Shown here: piece after piece, positions 37,372-50,525 of the stretch
Layout of the letters: each line of letters opens with the position of its first letter
How positions within the stretch are numbered: position 1 is the first letter of the stretch
Assembly (NCBI RefSeq): GCF_030028105.1
Contig: NC_092379.1
Coordinates: forward strand, 22,607,309 to 22,664,788
Direction of reading: 5' to 3'
DNA from: Mobula birostris
Lineage: Eukaryota
Length of the DNA stretch: 57,480 nucleotides
The notes under the pieces: model-generated
Databases searched by the model: none
Told to the model about the DNA's origin: nothing
The model's input: only the letters and a program-made list of their open reading frames with translations
Position numbers and translations under genes: made by a program

Positions 37372-37970
37372 CTGGAACAGAGAGAATCTCAGTTAGAATG
37401 AATCTTCCAATAATTCCCTATTTACCCGACATATTCTGGTCTTGCACCAACATGAACAATTTCTAAATCTGAGAGGCTTCACTTTATCTGAAACTGAAGG
37501 CTTTTCCCTTTCTGCTCATCGTTGGGATTTGTGGAGTGGAAATCTTGGACTTGCTGCATTTTATAGCTTCCAGCGAGTTTAGTCTATTCAGTTTAATCAG
37601 TGGGAGTCGCTGAACACAGCAACTCAACAGAAAGTGGAACTCAGCCCCTGGACTTGCATCATCCTGTGCTGTTTGTTCCATCTCCCCTGGACCAGGGGTG
37701 GCAGTCTAAGCTGTGTACGTGTGAGAGGGAGTGAGAACCTGTGGAACTCTGTCCTACAGAAAGCACTTGAAGAATTATCAGCTAATATATTCAAGAATGG
37801 GTTGAATATACTTCGTGTGAATGTGTCAAAGGATATCTGGAGAAAACAGGGACAGGGATTGAATTTGGATGATCAGCTGAGACCAGATTGAATGGTTGAG
37901 CAGCGCTGGATGGTGATAAATCTGTCAAATTTCTAAGATCAGACTCACACTGAATTCTGTCCACACGTAC

Positions 37971-38291
37971 CTGTGTCCTTCCTGATGGATTTCTTCACTG
38001 GTGTTGGCAAACTCTTGTCCTCTATCACACATGAGTACTCAGCCCCACTGTTCCACTCTGCAGCAGGGACTGTCAGTTTGCTGGTGATCACGTCTTCACC
38101 TCCATTGCTGTCTGGACCCAGAGTCCTCACCCCATCTTCCCTCTTCCTTCCATCCACTTGCCAGGTTACACTGAATCCCTGTAAATCACTGTGAACCACC
38201 TCACACAGAATGGTCGCTGTCCTCTTTGTCCAAATCTCTTCGAAGGGAGGTTTGCTTAAAGTTACTGAGAGGGGGGTATCTGGACAGTCAA
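37971..38291 (-). CDS. IgW: IgW C5 exon
   Basis: Acceptor TTTCTCCCAG; VDCPDTPLSVTLSKPPFEEIW...ILCEVVH...W...YSCVIEDK...KDT; donor G|GTACGT; 321 nt. Confidence 0.95.
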
Positions 38292-39637
38292 CTGGGAGAA
38301 ACGTCACAATTATTATTTGAAAATTCCCAAATGGATGAGTTTGTCTCTGACAAGACCAACATTTCCTGTTCATTCCTGGTCAATGATTTGCCAGTCCCAT
38401 CAAGATGAGATGAGACCAATCTACATTGGTGAAGAAAGGAATCTCCCCTTTTGAGCAGACAGGGTAAATACCCTGAGCAAACCAAAATAACAAGATTGGC
38501 CCTCAGACTGTTTTTCCAGTTTCATGGTCACTTAAACTGTTATCAGACACTTGTTAAAACAGATACAGAAAATCCCCAGTATTTCAGGCTGTGTCGGTGG
38601 AGCAAGAAACAGAGCAAAGTTTCACGTGAAAATCCTCCAGAAAATACACTTCTTGTTTCAAAATTTCTGAGAAATATTTAGTTTTTGTCACAAATATTAA
38701 AATGGACTCTTTTTGTCTATCAGGTGTAAGTAACATTTGCTGCTGCTTTGTCAGAATGTAGTGTGTTCAGGCCGCCCTCCAGAGGCTTCTACACATTGTC
38801 CAGGCTGACTATTCCCACACAGGAGCAGAGGGAGAGCTGCTCTGCTGGAAATTCAGTCACATCTGAGGCACTGATCGGAGGCTGGGATTAGGTTCAAAGG
38901 TAGAGGGAGGGTGCATTTTGAAGATGAGTATCAGCGAGTTCCAGAGAGTCTGTCGAGTGAAATGGTCTGGATTCTCCTCCGGTTATGAAAGTATTTTCTG
39001 GGATATCCTTATTTCTATGGTGAAAGTGTGGATTATGTTGGTTGAGAGTGGAAAACAAACCGTTGATTGGCCGATTTAAGTGCCAAGAGAGATTAAAAAG
39101 ATGAAGACATTGAGGCTGAGTCAATGGACAAACCGGTATTCAGCTCACTTCTCGATGAGGCTTCACTCGCCTCAGCACTGAACTGACTCTGCAGCTGTGG
39201 TCTGCAGCCATCGGCACTCACCTCAGCACTGAGCCTGGCTCCACGGCCGTGGCCTGCAGCCATCGGTCTCCTGGACCGGTTGCAGTGCTGAACTGGCAAC
39301 GTGGCTGTGGATTTACTTCAGGGGGCTCTGCGGTTCAGTTTCTGTGGATTGTTCGTTTGAATTTTTTTATTGTTTGCACAATTTGTTTTTTTTTTCACAC
39401 ATTGGATGTTTGACTCTGAATTCTATTGTGTTTCTTTGTTTTGTGACTGCCTGGAAGAAGAGAATCTCAAGGTTGTATATGGTGCACGTTCTTTGGTAAT
39501 AAATGTACTTTGTCCTTTAAACTTTATCAGTTCACTCACATAACTAAACCCAGGTCTGCCCCATAATTAGGTGTTTACCTTGAATTCATAGCACAATGTA
39601 AACAATTTCAATAATGGGATGAGTCCCAGGACCCTAC

Positions 39638-39955
39638 CTTGGACGTTCTTCACTTGCTTCTTGATACTGCTGTTAGAGGGGGGATGAATCACTGTACAGC
39701 TGAAGACTGAATCTGACTTCCAATCCTGTAAACTCACGGTCAGGAAGTGTCTGGCACTGAAAGTCCACCCCTGCTCCAGAGCGGTCGGTGTCGCGCTGGT
39801 GTTGGAGGTGATCACGGTGCTGCCTTTCTCCCAGGTGACATTTATTTGATCTGGGTAGAATCCAGAGACCACACACTCCAGTGTGGCCGTTTTCCAATTC
39901 TTGGTCTCTTCCTGAGGTGGAGGCAGCAGTCTCACCTTGGGACTTCTTATCTCGA
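39638..39955 (-). CDS. IgW: IgW C4 exon
   Basis: Acceptor TTTCTATTCCAG; VEIRSPKVRLLPPP...LECVVSGFYPDQINVTW...FSCTVIHPPS...VQ; donor G|GTAGGG; 318 nt. Confidence 0.95.
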
Positions 39956-40043
39956 CTGGAATAGAAAAGAAAACAAAGGAAGTGTCAAACATTTTGACTC
40001 AGGTAACTAATGCTGGCCATTTAATCGCTGGTCTCTTGCCCAC

Positions 40044-40346
40044 CTTTGGTACTATTGGTCCGTGCTGACACTCGGGAAGATGATGGAGATTCCTGAGCGG
40101 AGCACTCGTACTCCACCCCACTGAACCACTCCTCCACACTGATCTGGAGTTCGCTGAGCACTCTGTATCGGGACCCGTCCCTCTCCGCTTGATGGGTGTG
40201 AATTCCTTTAGTTTTCTCCTTCCTGCCCACGTGCCAAGAGATGTGGATATCTTCAGGATCTGTACAGATAACTGTGCACTTCACGGTAGCAGACTTGTCG
40301 ATCCACATCTCTTCAATGTCGGGATTTTGAATAAAGACAGACAATT
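40044..40346 (-). CDS. IgW: IgW C3 exon
   Basis: Acceptor TCTAATTCACAG; ELSVFIQNPDIEEMWIDKSATVKC...W...YECSAQ...STK; donor G|GTGGGC; 303 nt. Confidence 0.95.
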
Positions 40347-42319
40347 CTGTGAATTAGAAATGTAAATGCTCAGAATCTTACTGGAGATATTTCCATTGGT
40401 TATGTTAGGTCCAGGCAGATTCTCAGTACTTGACAGCTGCATTTAATGCAAACAGAATAACAGAAACACCCAGGGCTGAGTCATGTGCCTCATATTCCTA
40501 TACGTTTGATTGAGAAAAGAAATTCAGAACAAAGGATGTGCTAACGAGCTTTCGAATCCCTTTCTAATAACTGTACCAATCGGTTCACTGTGAGACAGAG
40601 AAGCATACACATTTTTCAGCAGAGACACAGCTCAGTATATTCTTTGCTTGGAGACTCAGTGCCATTCATTAGTAACAATGAGCACTATGAATCAATGAGA
40701 ATCCCTTTCTCCATCTGGGCTGAGCCTGGGATTCACTCAGTTTAATAACTTCACATCCTGACATTCCAGTCTCACAGTGGCTGTGCCTCTCCTCATCTCT
40801 GCAACCTTCACCACCCACACAAGCTTCAGACAACATTGTATTGTTTCAACTCTGCTCACTCATACACCTGCACTACTTCTGCTGGTGCCTGTGGTTTTAG
40901 CATTCTTGCTGACAAACACTGAAGTCTCTGTCTCTCTTGAAATGAGCAGCCATGGTCAGAGTGTATCCATAAGGTAGGGACTGATGAACTGGCAAAATGG
41001 GTTCAAATCCCAACCTGGTGGATGGGAGTTTAAATTCAATTCATCAATGCTTTTTGGAATAAAAAGAAGACTACAGAGGTATTTGTAGTGTTATTCTCTG
41101 TGGTAACTTCCGGAGAGAAGCCTCATCTGGTCTGATCGGTTTGTGACTCCAGACCTGCAGCAACACGGCTGGAGCTGAATCACCATCAGGAATGAGGCAG
41201 CAAGTCCCTCAGTTCCAGAGAGATCAGTGATTGATGGGAAATGATAAATGAATAAAACAGCTCTTTGATCAAGTGTTGGGTCACCTGTCCTCTGGGTTAG
41301 AGTCAGTTTTGTGTGATTGCACTCAAGTGAACTTGTTGGGGTCGTCTCCCAATGCACGATCGTCAGTTCACTTACATTGCAGCTCTCTGCACTTTGTGTT
41401 CACCATTTACACACTCGGTCACCTTCAGGCACGTGGGGTGTTTTTGCTCTTTGACATTTAGTGTGTGTGTCATGGTTGAGACCTTCACTGAGACTGTGAG
41501 TCAGTGTCTTTGTTTTTGTCTGAAGAAAGAACAGACACCGTTCCAATCTGATTGGGATTGATTATTTGACAAAGTATGATGTGGATTTCTTAACCTTTCC
41601 CATTTCAATGAAATTATGAGCAATTTTCTTTTAAAACAGTAAGTCCATGGGTGTAGTCTAGATGATCATTGTTGTCATGTAATATCACAAATGCAAACCT
41701 AAGTGTACACTGAAGGGTCACTGAATTGTGAATCTTAGTTTAGTTGTGATGTTGCTAAACATGTTTTCTGCAGGTTTCTCAGTTATGTCCCATATCAGCA
41801 CGGTCTTGATGCTCATCAGTCCCTGGGAAATGCGATCCCCTCATAAAACCTGACCAAGTCAGGATCGCTCCCCTTGTTTCTGAATGCTGGTGTTATTTCA
41901 CAAGAAGCATATAATTCTGTCAATGCTTGATTAATTCTATCAAAAGATTCTCCTTTCTAACATTCCTTGCGATCACTGAGTTTCCCTCTTGGACAGAATT
42001 CAGTGTCCGACACGTGGATCAATGTAACTTTAGCAATTTGTCTTATCCAGACTTTACACACAAAGCATGTCAGATTGGACAGGAGACTGGTTAGACCCCT
42101 GAGTCTTGTCTCACCAATTTGTCTTGTGCCCAACATTATCAAAGGGTCATCCATCCTTTGACTGAGTCAATTTGGAAATTCAGCCCCGTTCACCTTCATC
42201 ACCTCGTGCCTCACAGCCACTGGGTGAAAAACAGGTTCCTGTTCTTGCTGACTGGAGTCAGACAGGAGGGAATCTGGCCAAGGAAACTGGAATTGGGATC
42301 TGAGTCACACTGAAGAGTG

Positions 42320-42565
42320 ATGGGCAGGTGAGGAGGAGTGACGGAATGCGAGGGTATCTAGTATGGGGAATTGAACAAAAGTAGTGGGGGGATTACTGGA
42401 AGTTAAGAAATAAGTACTCATGCCATCAGGTTGGCAGATATCTGGATGGAATATGAGGTGTTGCTTCTCCAACCTGACTTTAGCCTCACTATGTCAGTAG
42501 AGGAGGCTATGGACAGACATGCGAGAGTGGGAATGGGAAGTCAAACTGAAACAGGTGGCGACGAG
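42320..42565 (-). mobile_element. Penelope-like element C-terminal fragment
   Basis: VATCFSLTSHSHSRMSV...RLEKQHLIFH...QPDGM resembles the end of the GIY-YIG region. Confidence 0.7.
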
Positions 42566-43346
42566 GATAATAGAAAGTTGAATTGAAATGTGATTAGAGA
42601 GGTCGTCAGATTGAATCACTTGTTTTCTTCTCTCCTGTTAAACTTCCATCCCAATGGTTACCAGAGGCAGGTCTGGAATCCAGTAAATGGATTGTAATAA
42701 AATTCAATAATGAATTGCATACACAGCCAATCACTTTATTCTGCATTTTCCTGCTGAACAATGATACTGTTGGGTAGAACCATCGGAGAATGTTGCATTG
42801 AGATTACTCTGGTAAAAGAACATTGGCACAGGCTCCGATAAACAGCTTCCACCTGGAAACGGAAGATTCATAGATTTAAGTGTTAGATATTTTCACCTCT
42901 TTTCCCATGCTTGGAAAAAAGGGATCCACATATATTCCCACTCTTTATCCTCTGTATATCACATCCTATCGGGATGAGGTTTTGTCAGCCATGATAAATG
43001 AATGTGCTGTCTGAACCTGGTCGAGGATCTGAGGACACAAGTTCACAACATTCACTGGAGGATTGGGCATCAATTCAAAAATAATCCAGGCATCTACATT
43101 TCAGTGAGTGGACCATCAACAGAAGAGTCTCTCAGGAAACATTGGAAACAGACTCTGGAGACTGAAGCAAATACAAAATTGGAGAGATATTTTTTGAGGA
43201 ACTAACACTGAGAAGACAGTGAAAAGGGAACAGGGATATCTTCTCCAGATGGTAAAGCATGGGATGTGAGTTTTGCTCACTAAATTACTTTCATTATAAC
43301 TACAAACATAGACAACTAAAATTATTGAGACGGAATGGTCAGGTGA

Positions 43347-43466
43347 CCTAATCTCACACCTTTCCTGCCTAGTAGATGGGATTAAAGCTGCTGGTGATAT
43401 GAGTTGATTCAAAGTGCAAAGATGAACTGTACATCACTCAACAAGATTGACAGTAGGGACAGGAAT
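43347..43466 (-). pseudogene. Decayed Cys-rich short secretory-tail exon after C2
   Basis: (D)SCPYCQSC*VMYSS...IY*AGK(+1)CEIR. The expected acceptor reads CACAA instead of CACAG; two in-frame stops and a frameshift. The likeness to the IgW/IgX short tail is from memory, not an alignment. Confidence 0.55.
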
Positions 43467-43533
43467 TTGTGGGAGTGTCAGTTAATTAGTTTAGTACTGT
43501 AAGATAATAAATTTTTCTTCAGACATCACTCAC

Positions 43534-43833
43534 CATCTTGATATGTCATGTTGACCTGACCACTGAAACCGGAAGCTGCGTGATTCACTTCACAAGTATA
43601 TTTCTGTTCCTTTGTCCATTCCTGCACAGGCACTGTCAGGTAAGCGATTGTTTCAAATGTACCACCAGATCTCGGAGTGGAAGGGAGAACGATGCCTTCT
43701 TGGGCAGATCCAGCTTTTTTCCAGGATACTTTAACATTGTCAGGAGAGAATCCAGATATCACACAGCCCAGGACAGCATTTGCTTGACTGTGGATTGCCT
43801 CCCGGGATGGAACAAGGGAGCTGAGCTTCGGAG
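43534..43833 (-). CDS. IgW: IgW C2 exon
   Basis: Acceptor GTGTTACAG; PPKLSSLVPS...LGCVISGFSPDNVKVSW...YTCEVNH...YQD; donor G|GTGAGT; 300 nt. Confidence 0.95.
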
Positions 43834-44169
43834 CTGTAACACATTTAATATCTGTTAGTACATGATTGCTTTGCCCATGTTTTGGACTTCATTCCCCCTC
43901 ATCCCAGACAAGTTCCCCAATTCCAGCCCTCTCAAGAATGTTGTTAATTTACAGCTGATCTGATGATCTGATGGCTCACATCAGTGAGTGGGAGGGCTGA
44001 GTGTATAACTTGGGCCTCCCAGCAGTGTGTCCCACTGTGCTATGATAATGCAGAGAGGTGGGTCATGGGGCTGAGGTGCAGACCTGCCATGATCTAATTG
44101 TTTACTGGAGAATGACTGATACCAGCTCCTGTGAGCAGGAGTACATGGTGTGGGACTGTTTCCACTGGC

Positions 44170-44560
44170 AAGTTTGGGAAACACAATTTTAGATTAAATG
44201 GGAAAGAAGAACAGATGGACAGGAGGAAATTGTTTTATTGTAACTGTAAAGGCTTGTTCAGATCTGTGAGAAGATGGTTAAAGAAGCGAAGTGGAGTGGA
44301 TTCCTCCATCACATTCACAAGGGATCGCTTTTACCAGAAGAGGGGCAGCTGCAGGGTGGAGGGGGAAAGTGCAGGAGGAGTGGGATAAAGTTTAAATTGT
44401 TGTTCTGTGTGCAGGGGCATGATGGGCCAGCTGTCTCTGTATGTGTACAGGAGCTGATCTGTAGGGAGGGTTTAGTGGAAGGGGTTGGTGGAGAGGCTCC
44501 TGAAATTAGGCAATGGAGTGGATACAATGGAGGCAGATCCTGATATTGAGTTTCACTGCC
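44170..44560 (-). mobile_element. Probable Penelope-like RT fragment
   Basis: QDLPPLYPLHCLISG...NLNFIP...KSDPL decayed motif. Confidence 0.5.
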
Positions 44561-44714
44561 GATATTGACTTTCATACATTTTCTCACTGTCATTGTAAGA
44601 GTAGAATAAAGGAGTTAGTTACTATGCTCCTGCATTATCTGACAAAGCTTCTGACTCCAGATTTATGCTCTGACATCAGTGCAGCTTTCAATATAAATTA
44701 TTTCTGATACTAAC

Positions 44715-45026
44715 GTTGAGGTTGATGTTTCGGCCACCCCACTGTCACAATCTCGTTTGGCTTGTACCCTGCCTTGCAGGAGTAGATTTTATTCTTCCTG
44801 TCTGCCGCAGAGACTTCGAGCAAGCTGCTCATCGTGTACTTTGAATTTTGCCCCAACACCGCCGGGTATTTCTTGATTCCAGTGGTGATGTCCCCACTGT
44901 TAGTGGACCATGTCTGACTGATGCTCTCAGGCTGATAGTCCTTGACCAGACAGAGGAGCCTGATGCCTTGGTCAGATTCTGTGTTGCAGGAAGAAGTGAT
45001 GTAGACTGATGGTGCGGACTTGACCT
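44715..45026 (-). CDS. IgW: IgW C1 exon
   Basis: Acceptor TTTCTATTTCAG; [40 protein letters not shown]...[23 protein letters not shown]; donor C|GTTAGT; 312 nt. Missing from the supplied ORF track in this frame. Confidence 0.93.
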
Positions 45027-47029
45027 CTGAAATAGAAAGAAATTCACAGATGGTTCTCTAAATATATGCACTATCAGCAGAGAAAGGAAACGGTATATAA
45101 AACAGTAATTCTCAAAATTATTCACCCCATTAAACAAAGCTTATCACTTTAACACTCAGCTGTGAGTCTGTGTCGCTGAGGTAGGAGGGTGTGGATCAAT
45201 CCCACAGTGGCAACTTGGATTCACAATCCAGGCCAACACTTCAGTGCAGGACTGAGGCAGTGACCCAATGTCCGATTGGTCGGATTTCAGTCAAAATACC
45301 AAAGTGACAATCTGTCTCTCCTCCAAATACAATCCCTGATTCTGAGCAGTCTGTTAGCACTTGATCAACAAAGTTTACAAAAAAAGTAAGATTTAGAAGT
45401 AAGTTATTGGAATAATTCTGATGTGTTCAGTGTTGCTGTTGATGAGAGGAGTGATCGGTGTGGATATTGTGGTACCGAGTCTCCAGCACCATGTGTGCAA
45501 TATAGTGGAGGTTGGGAAATGGACTCTGCTTCTGAAATTCAACTCAACAGACGACATGATGCAGCTGATACTGCCTCACAGTATGTGTGTGACTGAGCAA
45601 GAATTCCAACCCCACTGAGTCTGTGGAAACTACTGGCTAACCGGGAGGGAATGGTAACGTGCATCAGAAAGGACAGAGGAACTGTGGAAATACATTTGCC
45701 CAGACTCTGTGGAGGTGTCAGCCAACACAACCGACAGTGACGATGAGATTCCTGGGCAGATGGAGAAATCTCAAAATGTCATTAGATGTAGGTGATATTC
45801 TCAGTGAAAAACCAGCCCAGAGAGTCCAGTGAGGAAATGCAGGTTGTGGCAATTCCCAAACACTTAAAGTGCAAAATACACTTGAAAGCACTGGTTCTCA
45901 ATTCATTTTACTGGAAAAGGAGACGTGTTGACTTACCAAGGTAGGTAAAAGTGTCAAGATCAATTAATTAATTGACCAATTGACACTTTGACAGGTGGAT
46001 ACATTGAGGAGATGTGGTTTCACTAGTTGTCAGAATGTGGTGTTGTGGATGGGGTTTGTTCTGACCCACCGACATGACATCATTCACCTCATGATTGACT
46101 CTGTCAGTGACAGATTGTTGCTGGTGGATGAGGTTAAAATCACCCAAAAAGACTGTATGGACACAGCAGAACATGAAGGAACTCTGGGAGTAGGAGACTA
46201 GTGGGAGAGTATGTGTCAGACAGTGTGAATTGCAGTAGATGAGGGCTTTGCTGTCCAACAGTAAGATGGTCGACAGAAACACACAGGCTTCAGATCGATT
46301 CTGCTATCAGAAGGGCAGCAAACTCAACATTTGTAGTGGAAGTGGAGTGGTGGGAAGGTCACAATTTCAATCAGAAGCAAAATAATGAAATATTCACTTC
46401 ACAGTCATCACTCTGGGACGAAGGGCATAAAGTATTGAAATCTGGGTTTCAAAGAGAATAAATATAAATCAATAAATATAACAAGTAAATAGGAATCGAT
46501 ATAATGTAACTGGTCAGTAATGACAGCTGCATTGTTTCGAACCATTTCCAGGTGACACTGGGGACTGTGAAGTCAGAACATTTGTCTTCCTGAGCAAACA
46601 CAGGTGATTCAGGTTGACAGGACAGGCAGAGCAGAGAAATGGTCCCTTTCTCATTCCTTTCAGACTGAGCCTGAAACAACCAGTGAAATGCTGATGTCAG
46701 ACTCCCCATCGGGTACACAACTTCTGTGAAACAGCGGGACAAGCTGACCTGTGCTGTGGGTGAAGTGTCACAGGAGAGAAAGCACAGGGCACGGTGCCAA
46801 CTGGACCATGTCCACACAGACCGGGCTGAATGGTGCTGGTTCTAACCTGCTGGGACTCTCCCCTCACTGCCACACAGGGAAAGGTGGGACCTCGCTGGGG
46901 TTCTGGATGCTGGAGGCTTGCAGTGAGGAGTATAGGTGCCTCAGCATTAAGTAGCCTCAAGCAGCTCCCTGCTGGAACTCTGGGTCCAGAACACCCTGAC
47001 ACTTGGTGCCTGGAAGTAGGTACAGAGGA

Positions 47030-47265
47030 GATGCCAGGGGTAATTTTTATGCAGAGAGTGGTGATTGCATGGAATGGGCTGCCGGCGATGGTGGTGGAGG
47101 CGGATACAATAGGGTCTTTTAAGAGACTCCTGGATAGATACATGGAGCTCAGAAAAATAGAGGGCTATGGCTAACCGTAGGTAATTTCTAAAGTAAGTAC
47201 ATGTTCGGTACAGCATTGTGGGCCGAAGGGTTCGTATTGTGCTGTAGGTTTTCTATGTTCCTATG
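47030..47265 (+). mobile_element. CR1 3' end
   Basis: FMQRVVIAWNGLP...FKRLLDRYM, with ttctatgttcctatg tail. Confidence 0.85.
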
Positions 47266-48465
47266 CTTGGTAATTGTGGGGAGGGGATGGTCTTGTGTGA
47301 ATGCTGTCATGTAATTTAACAGGTTTGAAATGTCTGGGAAACATTAAATTGATGTAAACTCCTGAGGCAACAATCAACTTAGCATATTTTGCTCAAGATA
47401 ATAAATCTGAAATGCATTAAAATATAATAATCAGCCAGAAATGATTCCTGACTAAATCCCTTTCCAAGGCTCAGAATCCCCAGTTAGATGAATAGGAAAT
47501 GTGATCCTTTCTCAGGTCCGGCCTGTGAGGGGAGTGTGGAGGTGGATTTCCCAGTGTTACCCTGGGAATTCCAGCAGGACCCGGTGCCATGTGGTGGAGT
47601 GTGGTAACAGCTCTGGAGGCATCTGTCACTCAGTAAATCCTGGGGTACAGTGGTCTGTGGAACTGTGAGACTGACTCCAGTATATGTGGCTGAACACTGG
47701 AGTTTCCCTTTGGAATTGCCAGCCACAGCCAGCACCATTTCACCCACACTATCCTCAGCCTCCCAGGTACACAGCAGCTCAGGGACGGGCTGGTCAGCTG
47801 AGGTCTGAGGACCCTCACTGCTCTTTATTGACGTCAACCCCTGAAAACAACGGAATTGCTGCACCAAGGACCTGGGACCATTTGGACGACCTATAACCAA
47901 ATAGTGTCTGTCTATTCATCTCCTGCACAATCAGGATTCAGATGGAGGAGTTCCCAGTGGTGGGGAGCTTTAGGAATTGTAGGCTAAAAGTGACCATTCC
48001 CTTCCAACATCACCCAGACTAGATTGTCAAGTTGTAGTTCAGTTTGTGGGAACAAGATGCAGACAAGTTGGATGTTCAGCCCCCCATATGAAGTGAGACA
48101 CTGCAGAAGTACTTGCTGGGATCAGAAAGGCTCTGGGATGTTCTGGGGTTACAGAAGTCAATGAAAAACGCTTGTTTTCATCAAATTAAATTCAGTAAAA
48201 TAACACTGGAAACAGCATAGTTGCCAGAAATCAGACTGACGGAGTCTGGTGAAAGGTCACTGATGTGAAACATTAACTCTGTTTCTCACCCCACAGATGT
48301 TCCCTGAGCTGCTCAGTGTCGGCAGTGCAGGAGGCACAATAATGTCAGTCGGTGAGATTTGCAGCTGAGGATCTTTTACATCCCGGGACCAGCAGGTGGT
48401 AAATACAGTTTTGTCTGGATCAGTGTTCCTCTGGGTCTTTATAGAAACTCCCATCAAACTGACAG

Positions 48466-48672
48466 CAGGGTGCTGGGGTGAAGAGGGGTACTGGATCTGG
48501 GTGGGTCACAGGGTGCTGGGGTGAAGAGGGGAACTGGATCTGGGTAGGTCACAGGGTGCTGGGGTGAAGAGGGGAACTGGATCTGGGTGGGTCACAGGGT
48601 GCTGGGGTGAAGAGGGGAACTGGATCTGGGTGGGTCACAGGGTGCTGGGGTGAAGAGGGGAACTGGATCTGG
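48466..48672. repeat. G-rich 43-bp minisatellite, about 4.8 copies, in the J-C1 intron
   Basis: Unit cagggtgctggggtgaagagggg(a/t)actggatctgggt(g/a)ggtca starting at 48466, 48509, 48552, 48595 and 48638. Confidence 0.95.
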
Positions 48673-50438
48673 CTGAATCTGCTTTGATGTACTGCCCAGT
48701 TTCCCATCACTCCAAATCCAACCTTGTGCCTGTCCATTGGATCACTGTGTCCACGGTGTCCTGGACAATATTTCTCCTTCAATAACATCACCAGAACAGA
48801 CTGTCTGATCGTTCTCACCTTGCAGTTTGTGGATTCTGCTGTGTGCAGAGTGGCTCCACATTCCCGACTCTACAACAGGGCTGTACTTTGAAACTACTTC
48901 ATTGCCTGTGAAGAGCTCGGGGACACCATGAAAGGTGCTCTGTAAATGTCAGCACTTTATCTCACAACCACTTTTACTGAATCACCAGCAACACTGGTTA
49001 ATGTAGGAAAGCACTTGTTAAACAAACCCAGTCGGGGGATGGAGGAGAGCAAGAAATTAGAGCAGTTGCTCTGTCTGTGAACTGAGAATAAGCAGTTCAT
49101 TTGAACAGTAAAGTTCAACTCGTGTCCCGTGAGTGTGTGATGGGACAGGTTGGGGGAAGGTTCACTCTGTGTCTAACCTCTGCTGCCCCTGCCCTGGGAG
49201 GGATGGGACAGTGCAGAAGGATCTTTGTATCTAATCTGAGGCTGCCAGGACAGGACATGGGAGCTGTAATCTGCATTTAACTCATGCTCTGTGTACTCTG
49301 GGGTGCTTGTTGGAATCCCTTTGAGGAAGAATTTCCCAGATTTACAAGATAAATACTGATTCCATTGAATGACAGAGCAGAGAGTGAGGTCATTCATCCG
49401 ATAGTGTCTGAACTTCCCTTTAGCTGAGCAAACCCAATAAACCCATTGGTCTCTCTGCTCTTCCCTGTATCCCGACAAAATGCGGATCTCTTCCTGTTCC
49501 CTCTCTACACTCACTATTGGCCACCACCATCATTCAGGCAGTGTGTTCCAGATCACAAACGTTCATTAACAAACCTTCCCTTAAATGCTCCCCTATTACA
49601 CATTATTGACTTGAACGCTTCCCTCCCCACCCCACCTGCACCACTCCCCACTCCCCCACCCACCAATGCAAGGCTGCCCGAAATGTGTGAAGGAATTGTG
49701 ATTTCAATTCCCTGCCTTACCTTTCCTGCACCACTTCCCCACTGCCTTCCCAACTCCAAAATTCTTCCCACCGCACTCCACCTCCTCACCCATCAAGGAA
49801 TAAAACTAAAACCTTAATCCCATCAATTAATCCTGGGATATTGCCGATACTTTTACTGTATCCCGGGAAGGACCTCACTCCGGACATTACATGATGGGAC
49901 TGAAACCCACCTGTACCCCGGGGATATTGAGCCATCAACCAGATCATACATGTGTACACCGTTCTCTCAGATTATGTCTTAATCCCAGTACGTTCAACAT
50001 GAAAGCAGCCGACAGTAAAACCCGATCCCAATAACTTGACACTGAACAGATCCATTATTGTCACTGACAGGGAACAAGTTCAACTGCACTGAAACGCTCA
50101 GCCCCTGAACGTGGCTTCAGTCGGTGCTGAGGATCAGAAGCCAGACTTGAACCGAACACTGAGCTCACTCAGCACAATCGGCCGGTGTCAAGGCACAGTC
50201 TGGTGACAAGATCCGACCCCGTTCCCCTGAGCCTGTTCCCGGTTTGTGCACAGTTCACTGGTGGGTGGGGTATGTACCCTTGTACTGTTACTGGGCTCTA
50301 GAGAAACCCGCCGGTTCGGGGAGATTCATGTACTTGCTCTAAATATCTCACTGATTTCAGGTGAATCACTGAATTCGCCAAAACCGTAAATAAATAAAAT
50401 ACTTGTCCGTGAAAATACAATTGAGAGGTTGGTCTTAC

Positions 50439-50486
50439 CTGAAGTCACTGTCAGCGAGGTTCCTCCGCCCCAGTAGTCAAGATAGT
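50439..50486 (-). CDS. IgW: JH segment (YLDYWGGGTSLTVTS)
   Basis: WGxG motif, phase-1 donor G|GTAAGA. Confidence 0.96.
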
Positions 50487-50525
50487 CACGGTGCTCCGTC
50501 TCCCCATTCACCCAGTGCAGTAACT
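50487..50525 (-). other. JH 23-RSS
   Basis: Plus strand: cacggtg, 23 nt, gcagtaact (degenerate nonamer). Confidence 0.85.

Noticed and set aside
41957-42154. ORF ending in Cys as a secretory exon
   Set aside because: No acceptor places it in frame with a phase-1 donor.
48466-48672. CRISPR-like array
   Set aside because: Units are head-to-tail with no unique spacers, and the context is a vertebrate intron.
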